DNA of 64,000 nt from positions 248,001 through 312,000 of the forward strand of contig JAXLQJ010000001.1 of assembly GCA_046331705.1 (NCBI GenBank). The letters run 5' to 3'. A program made the position numbers and the translations under genes. The DNA comes from a bacterium (lineage in GTDB: Bacteria > JADJOY01). Of the stretch, positions 58,583-64,000 are shown piece by piece. Positions within the stretch are counted from its first letter, which is position 1; every line of letters begins with the position of its first letter. The notes beneath the pieces were generated by a model, which ran no database searches, was not told the origin of the DNA, and saw nothing but the letters and a program-made list of their open reading frames with translations.

Positions 58583-58612
58583 TTGACGTAGCGCGGATCT
58601 CGGGGCTAGGTT
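58583..58612 (+). promoter_or_regulatory. Putative rpmH promoter
   Basis: TTGACG-18 nt-TAGGTT. Confidence 0.5.
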
Positions 58613-58655
58613 CCCGAGTTTGCTCGCTTTGACTTGAAATCCGTGAGGGCGATCG

Positions 58656-58790
58656 ATGAAGCGCACGTATCAACCCAGCAAGACGCGCCGCAAGCGGACG
58701 CACGGCTTCCGAGTGCGGATGCGGACCAAGAACGGCCAAAAGGTTCTGTCGCGCCGACGAGCCAAGGGCAGGAAGCGCATCGCGATCTGA
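58656..58790 (+). CDS. rpmH: 50S ribosomal protein L34
   Basis: Not in the ORF track. [44 protein letters not shown]. Confidence 0.98.
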   Translation: MKRTYQPSKTRRKRTHGFRVRMRTKNGQKVLSRRRAKGRKRIAI

Positions 58791-59176
58791 TGCGCTTGGA
58801 CGGGGACGCTGCATCCACGGGTGCATCGTTCTCGAGGGCGGATCGCATCCGATCCGCGTCGGATTACAGCCGCGCTCGGCGGCTGGGAGTGCGCCGATCC
58901 GGGCGGCGCTTCACGGTGATCGTGGCTCCCGGGCAGGGTGTCCGCGGACGAATTGGGATCGCGGTGCCGCGTCAAGTTGGAAACGCCGTCGTCCGCAATC
59001 GGCTTCGACGGCTCGTGCGGGAGTACTTTCGGACCAGGCGCGACGAGTTCCCGGACGGCAAGGACGTCATCGTCGTTCCCCGACCAGGTGTTGGATGGCT
59101 GCGCCTGCGCGACCTGACGGAAATCGGCGCCCTCGTGCGGGAGGCGTGTTCGCCGCGTCCGCGGCGATCTGGTTGA
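58790..59176 (+). CDS. rnpA: Ribonuclease P protein component
   Basis: [21 protein letters not shown] (RNR motif); TGATG overlap with rpmH. Confidence 0.93.
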   Translation: MRLDGDAASTGASFSRADRIRSASDYSRARRLGVRRSGRRFTVIVAPGQGVRGRIGIAVPRQVGNAVVRNRLRRLVREYFRTRRDEFPDGKDVIVVPRPGVGWLRLRDLTEIGALVREACSPRPRRSG

Positions 59177-59361
59177 TCCAGCTCTACCGCGTGGTGCTCT
59201 CGCCGATGCTCGGACCTGCCTGTCGGTTCGAGCCGAGCTGCTCGCGCTACGCCGAACAGGCGATCCGGCAGCATGGAGCGCTTCGTGGCCTGGCGCTCGC
59301 GATCCGGCGGCTCGCGCGCTGTCATCCGTTCCATCCTGGCGGATACGACCCGGTGCCATGA
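59146..59361 (+). CDS. yidD: Membrane protein insertion efficiency factor YidD
   Basis: [18 protein letters not shown]...[14 protein letters not shown]. Confidence 0.95.
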   Translation: MFAASAAIWLIQLYRVVLSPMLGPACRFEPSCSRYAEQAIRQHGALRGLALAIRRLARCHPFHPGGYDPVP

Positions 59362-59384
59362 GCGCAGGCGGGGCAGGAGGTTCC

Positions 59385-61013
59385 GTGGAAAACCAGCGAT
59401 TGTTCCTCGCGATCGCGCTGTCGGTGCTGGTCATCGTGGTCTTTCAGACCCTGTTCCCGCCGCCCAAGCCTCCCCCGCGTCCGAACGCGAGCGCGACGGC
59501 GGCGGCACCGAGCACGAGCCCGGACAGCGCCGCGATTCCGACCACCGAGACGCCCGCGACGCCCGCGGCCCACGGCGCCACGATCGAGGTCAACACCAGC
59601 CTCTACCGTGCACGCGTCGACACGCTGGGCGCCGTGCTCACGTCGGTTGCGCTGGCACGCTACCCGGAGACGCAGCAGCCGGACTCGCCAGACGTCGACG
59701 TGATCGAGCGTCACTCGCCGCGACTGGGGGCTTTCCCCTTGGATTTCGTCTCGGGGGCGCAGCGGGTGAGCACGGCGCACATCCCGTTTCGCGCGGATCC
59801 GTCCACCGTGAACGTGCTCCCAGGCGGGGACGCGGAAGTCGTGCTCGAGGGAGAGTACCCGGGCTGGGCGCGCGTCGTGAAGCGGTACCGGTTCCACGAC
59901 GGTTCCTACGATATCGGTCTTTCGGCACAGGTTATCCCGGATTCGTCCGTCCACATCGACAAGGCGATCCTGTCGCTCACCGAGCAACGCGAGATTCACG
60001 GGAAGAGCCGGCAGGAGCAGCTGCGGGCACGGGTTTCGTGGGGACTCGATCGCTTCCACATGGACTCGGTCTCGGTCGACGATCTGCGCAGCGAGGTTCG
60101 CAAGCAGAAGAGCCGCCCGCGCGTCTTCGACACGGTTCACGGGAAGGGCACGGTTCGCTGGGGTGGGTTCGACGAGCGTTATTTCTTGCTGGCGATTCTG
60201 CCGGATCTGGCTCTCGGCTCGACGGGTCAGCTCAGCGCGCTGCCGGATGCTCGCACCGTGCAGCTCGACGTGGTGTTCCCGGTGGCGGGAGGCGCGACCG
60301 GTTCCGCTCCCACCGAGATCAAGGCCCGACTCTTCGCCGGCCCGAAGGATCTTCAGGTGCTGCGCAGCACCGACGAGACACTCGACAGCGTGCTCGACTA
60401 CGGTCGCTTCGCGTTGCTCTCGCGAGCCTTCGTCTCGATCCTACGATTCTTTCATCAGTATACAGGTAATTGGGGAGTCGCGATCATCATCCTGACGATC
60501 GCCGTGCGCTCGCTGCTGTTGCCGTTGCAGGTCACGAGCTCGCGTTCGATGAAGAAGATGCAGGTGCTGCAGCCGGAGATCGCCCAGCTTCGGGAACAGT
60601 ACAAAGAAGACCCGATGAAGCTGCAGCAGGAGATGGGCCGCCTCTATCAGCGACACAAGGTGAACCCGCTGAGCGGCTGCCTACCGTTGCTGCTGCAGTT
60701 TCCCGTCTTCCTCGGCCTCTACTACGCGCTGGCCCAGGCCATCGAGCTCCGGCACGCGCATTTCGCGTTCTGGATCCACGATCTCTCCGAGCACGATCCG
60801 TTCTACGTGACACCCATCATCATGGGCCTCACCATGTACGTTCAGCAGATGATGATGCCCGCGGTGGGTGACCCGACGCAGCAGAAGATCATGCGGCTCA
60901 TGCCGCTCATCTTCACGGTGTCGTTCTTGAACTTCCCCTCGGGTCTCGTGCTCTACTGGTTGTTCTCGAACCTGGTCAGCATCGGCACACAGTGGTACAT
61001 CCAGCGCTCCTGA
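59385..61013 (+). CDS. yidC: Membrane protein insertase YidC
   Basis: AGGAGG RBS; GNWGVAII, SMKKMQ, NPLSGCLP, WIHDLS, PSGLVLYW. Confidence 0.96.
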   Translation: MENQRLFLAIALSVLVIVVFQTLFPPPKPPPRPNASATAAAPSTSPDSAAIPTTETPATPAAHGATIEVNTSLYRARVDTLGAVLTSVALARYPETQQPDSPDVDVIERHSPRLGAFPLDFVSGAQRVSTAHIPFRADPSTVNVLPGGDAEVVLEGEYPGWARVVKRYRFHDGSYDIGLSAQVIPDSSVHIDKAILSLTEQREIHGKSRQEQLRARVSWGLDRFHMDSVSVDDLRSEVRKQKSRPRVFDTVHGKGTVRWGGFDERYFLLAILPDLALGSTGQLSALPDARTVQLDVVFPVAGGATGSAPTEIKARLFAGPKDLQVLRSTDETLDSVLDYGRFALLSRAFVSILRFFHQYTGNWGVAIIILTIAVRSLLLPLQVTSSRSMKKMQVLQPEIAQLREQYKEDPMKLQQEMGRLYQRHKVNPLSGCLPLLLQFPVFLGLYYALAQAIELRHAHFAFWIHDLSEHDPFYVTPIIMGLTMYVQQMMMPAVGDPTQQKIMRLMPLIFTVSFLNFPSGLVLYWLFSNLVSIGTQWYIQRS

Positions 61014-61086
61014 GACCCGTCTTGCGGTCTCGCGACCAAGGCTGAACGGCTCGAGCGGACCGCAGCTCACACGGAAAGCTCCTCGG

Positions 61087-61887
61087 ATGGCGACCTCGAA
61101 GACCTACCACGGAGCAACGAAGGACGATGCCGTCGCGCAGGCGGCGGCGGATCTCGGTTGCTCTCCCCCCGAGGTCGACGTGATCGAGGTCGTGATGCGT
61201 TCCTCCGCTGAGGGCGCTCCAGCGTCCTGCGAGGTCCGCGTGCGATTGCCGGAGGCGCTCCAAGGCAACGACGACACCGCGATCCTGGAAGGGTTCCGCC
61301 GGCCGCGCGCAGCCAAGGCCGCCGAAGCGCTGCCGGCGGCGCCTGTGCGTCCGGCGGAGCCAGCGCGGGCCGCGCCGCCGCGCGAGCCGACCCGAGCGGC
61401 GCCCGTCCCTGCGGACGAGACAGCGGCTTCGCCGGAGCTGGTGAGTCGAGCAGAGGCCTTTCTGCGTGAGCTACTCGCGCACATGGGTGTGAGCGCGCGC
61501 CTCGACACGAATCTCGAGGGCGAGAACATCAACATCGAGATCGTCGCCGACAAGGGTGTGGGCGGCCTGCTCATCGGCCGCCAAGGCCAAACACTCGATG
61601 CGATCCAGTACCTGGTGAACCGCGTGGTGTTGCCCGGCGCCGCTGTGCGCGGTCGGATCTACCTGGACACCGAGGGCTATCGCGAGAAATATCGGCGCAA
61701 GATCGAAGAGTTGGCCCACAAGTACCGGGACGAGGCGTTGCGCGCGGGCAAGCCCGTGACGCTCGAAGAGTTCAGCTCGCGCGACCGCTGGATCATCCAT
61801 CAGGCGCTCCTCGACGATCCCCGTGTCACGACGCGCAGTGTCGGCGAGGAAGACGACCGCAAGCTGATGATCATTCCGCGCCGCTGA
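61087..61887 (+). CDS. jag: Jag/KhpB RNA-binding protein (Jag_N, KH, R3H)
   Basis: LIGRQGQTLDAIQYL, LDTEGYR, RDRWIIH. Confidence 0.92.
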   Translation: MATSKTYHGATKDDAVAQAAADLGCSPPEVDVIEVVMRSSAEGAPASCEVRVRLPEALQGNDDTAILEGFRRPRAAKAAEALPAAPVRPAEPARAAPPREPTRAAPVPADETAASPELVSRAEAFLRELLAHMGVSARLDTNLEGENINIEIVADKGVGGLLIGRQGQTLDAIQYLVNRVVLPGAAVRGRIYLDTEGYREKYRRKIEELAHKYRDEALRAGKPVTLEEFSSRDRWIIHQALLDDPRVTTRSVGEEDDRKLMIIPRR

Positions 61888-61936
61888 CGATCCAGCAGCG
61901 AGCGCCACCGGCTTTCCCGCAACAGCGCCAGCACCC

Positions 61937-63340
61937 GTGCTCGAGCAATCGCGACTCGGCGAGACGATCGTCGCCGTCGCGACGGCATCCGGTCCGCCGG
62001 CGGCGCTCGCGCTGATCCGCATCAGCGGCTCCGATACCCGTGGCGTGCTGACGCGGGTGCTCCGGTACCAGCGCGCTGCGGACCCGCCCCTTCCCGATCG
62101 CCGGCCGACCGTTGCTTGGCTTCTCGATCCGGCGGACGGCATGCCGCTCGATCAGATCCTCGTCACCCTCTTCCCCGCGCCGGGGTCGTACACGGGCGAG
62201 GACTTGGCGGAGCTGAGCCTTCACGGCAGCCCCTGGGTGGTCGCCGAGGCATTGCGCATCTTGGTGGCTGCGGGCGCGCGTGCTGCTCGCGCCGGAGAGT
62301 TCACCCGGCGGGCGCTCGCGAACGGCAAGCTGGACCTGTCACGTGCGGAGGCCGTCGCCGAGCTGACCGTCGCGCAGTCGGCGCGAGCAGCGAAGCTCGC
62401 CGTCCGCCACCTCACCGGAGAGCTCTCGCAACGTTATCGGCTGCTGCGCGCGCGACTGATCGAGGTGGCAGGTCTGCTCGAGGGGCCGATCGAGTTTCCC
62501 GATGACGCCGCCGCGGACGAGGCGTGGGCCTTCCGCGAAGGGCTGCGGGTGCTCGGGGAGCTGGGCCGAGAGCTTCGCGCGCTGGCGCTCAGCCAGACGC
62601 TCGGCCGCCGCGTGGCCACCGGGATCCACGTCCCCATCGTGGGGCGACCGAACGCTGGAAAATCGAGTCTTTTCAATGCGTTGCTCGGATCGAATCGCGC
62701 GATCACGAGCCCCCGGCCGGGTACCACGCGCGATACCATCGAGGCGGCGCTGGCGCTGGACGGGCATGTCTTGCGCCTGGTCGACACCGCAGGGATCGAG
62801 GCGAGCCACGACGAGCTGGTCAACGAAGGTGTTCGTCGCGCCGAGGCCTGCGTCGAGGAGGCGGATCTCGTCGTTCTCGTCCTCGACGCGAGCGCACCGC
62901 TCAGCTCGGCGGACGAGGCGGTGACCGTGCGCATCCTGGCGAAGCCCGTCGTGGTGGTGGCGAGCAAGGGCGATCTGGGACGCCGCTGGGACGCCGCCGA
63001 GCTCGAACGCTACGGGCTGCGGGAGAGCGTGACGGTGGTGTCGGCGGTCGATGGAACCGGCATGGAAGACTTGCGGCGCCGGCTCTCGGCGGCCGTTGCC
63101 CGCACGGTTCCCGTGGACGATGCACCGGAAGCGCCGGTGACCAGTGCGCGGCAACGGGGGTTGCTCGAGCGCGGCGCCGAGGAGATCGCCCGCGCCCAGG
63201 GCAATCTGAAGCGCGGCGCGGTCGAGCTGGCGGTGGAGGATGTCCGCGCGGCTCAGCTCGCCCTGGGTGAGATCCTCGGCGAAGTGTCGAGCGAGGACGT
63301 CCTCGACCGGGTGTTCCAAAGTTTCTGCATCGGCAAATGA
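61937..63340 (+). CDS. mnmE: tRNA modification GTPase MnmE
   Basis: SYTGED, GEFTRRA, GRPNAGKSS, GTTRD, DTAG, FCIGK. Confidence 0.96.
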   Translation: MLEQSRLGETIVAVATASGPPAALALIRISGSDTRGVLTRVLRYQRAADPPLPDRRPTVAWLLDPADGMPLDQILVTLFPAPGSYTGEDLAELSLHGSPWVVAEALRILVAAGARAARAGEFTRRALANGKLDLSRAEAVAELTVAQSARAAKLAVRHLTGELSQRYRLLRARLIEVAGLLEGPIEFPDDAAADEAWAFREGLRVLGELGRELRALALSQTLGRRVATGIHVPIVGRPNAGKSSLFNALLGSNRAITSPRPGTTRDTIEAALALDGHVLRLVDTAGIEASHDELVNEGVRRAEACVEEADLVVLVLDASAPLSSADEAVTVRILAKPVVVVASKGDLGRRWDAAELERYGLRESVTVVSAVDGTGMEDLRRRLSAAVARTVPVDDAPEAPVTSARQRGLLERGAEEIARAQGNLKRGAVELAVEDVRAAQLALGEILGEVSSEDVLDRVFQSFCIGK

Positions 63341-63393
63341 TCGTCGGCTGGTGGCACCGAGGGCGAGGCACGAGAGCGATCGTGCAGCGAGGT

Positions 63394-63409
63394 TGTTTCA
63401 CGTGAAACA
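63394..63409. promoter_or_regulatory. parS: parS centromere-like site
   Basis: Perfect palindrome TGTTTCACGTGAAACA. Confidence 0.93.
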
Positions 63410-64000
63410 GGCGCTCGTTCCCCGCGTGGTCGTGGTGGGTGGCGGCCACGCTGGTGTCGAGGCGGCGCTGGCGTCGGCGCGGCTGGGAGTCTCGACGGCG
63501 CTGGTGTCGCAGCGCCGCCATCAGATCGCGCGCATGAGCTGCAACCCGTCGATCGGCGGACCCGGCAAGGGTCAGCTCGTGCGAGAGATCGATGCGCTCG
63601 GTGGCGCCATGGCCCGGAACATCGACGCCACGGGCATTCAGTTTCGGCGCCTGAACACCGGGAAGGGGGCGGCCGTCCAGGCATCCCGCGCCCAGGCGGA
63701 TCGCGCCGGCTATCTGGCGGCGATGCTCGAGCGGCTCGTCGCTGAGCCCAACTTGCTGCTCGTCGAGGACGAGGCGACCGGGATCGACGTGGCTTCCGGC
63801 GCCGTTCGCGGCGTGCATCTGGCGCGGGCGGGCACGCTCGCGGCGGAAGCGGTGGTGCTCACACCCGGGACGTTTCTGAACGGAGTGATCCACGTGGGTG
63901 AGGAGAGCTGGCCCGCGGGAAGGATCGGAGAGGCTCCCTCGACGGCCCTGCCGGAGAGCCTCGCGGCGCTCGGGCTGCGTCTCGATCGCTTGAAGACCGG
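63402..64000 (+). CDS. mnmG: tRNA uridine-5-carboxymethylaminomethyl modification enzyme MnmG (partial)
   Basis: Not in the ORF track. MKQALVPRVVVVGGGHAGVEAA...MSCNPSIGGPGKGQLVREIDALGG...RLKTG. Confidence 0.96.
   Translation, partial: MKQALVPRVVVVGGGHAGVEAALASARLGVSTALVSQRRHQIARMSCNPSIGGPGKGQLVREIDALGGAMARNIDATGIQFRRLNTGKGAAVQASRAQADRAGYLAAMLERLVAEPNLLLVEDEATGIDVASGAVRGVHLARAGTLAAEAVVLTPGTFLNGVIHVGEESWPAGRIGEAPSTALPESLAALGLRLDRLKT

Overview
Very GC-rich bacterial chromosome segment covering the replication-origin neighbourhood. The 16S sequence and gene order look deltaproteobacterial (Myxococcota/Binatota-like); this is an impression, not a search result. Left to right: envelope genes (GT-C glycosyltransferase, a beta-propeller lipoprotein with a sigma54-type promoter, cardiolipin synthase, GT2, lytic transglycosylase, phasin); a queA-tgt-yajC-secD-secF operon that runs on into an uncharacterised glycoside-hydrolase-like lipoprotein / membrane beta-propeller / Ycf46-type AAA ATPase trio; a basic Fis-HTH protein divergent from a degenerate macro domain; a variant cytochrome c maturation cluster (CxxxY CcmE plus Cys-rich CcmH and split CcmI-like genes); bactofilin-engB-HIT; a complete rRNA operon (16S, tRNA-Ile, tRNA-Ala, 23S, 5S); a diguanylate cyclase-queF pair; leuB, tyrS, rny, ygfA, 6S RNA, zapA/zapB; gyrA-gyrB-recF-dnaN-dnaA, a putative oriC, rpmH-rnpA-yidD-yidC-jag-mnmE-mnmG and a perfect parS. 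No mobile elements or CRISPR arrays were seen. Best leads: the AAA/propeller module, two hairpin-dense intergenic regions (about 8.96-9.16 kb and 46.4-46.9 kb), an rRNA operon pointing toward the presumed origin, and the hybrid Ccm system. All product calls come from motif recognition by eye; start codons are estimates.
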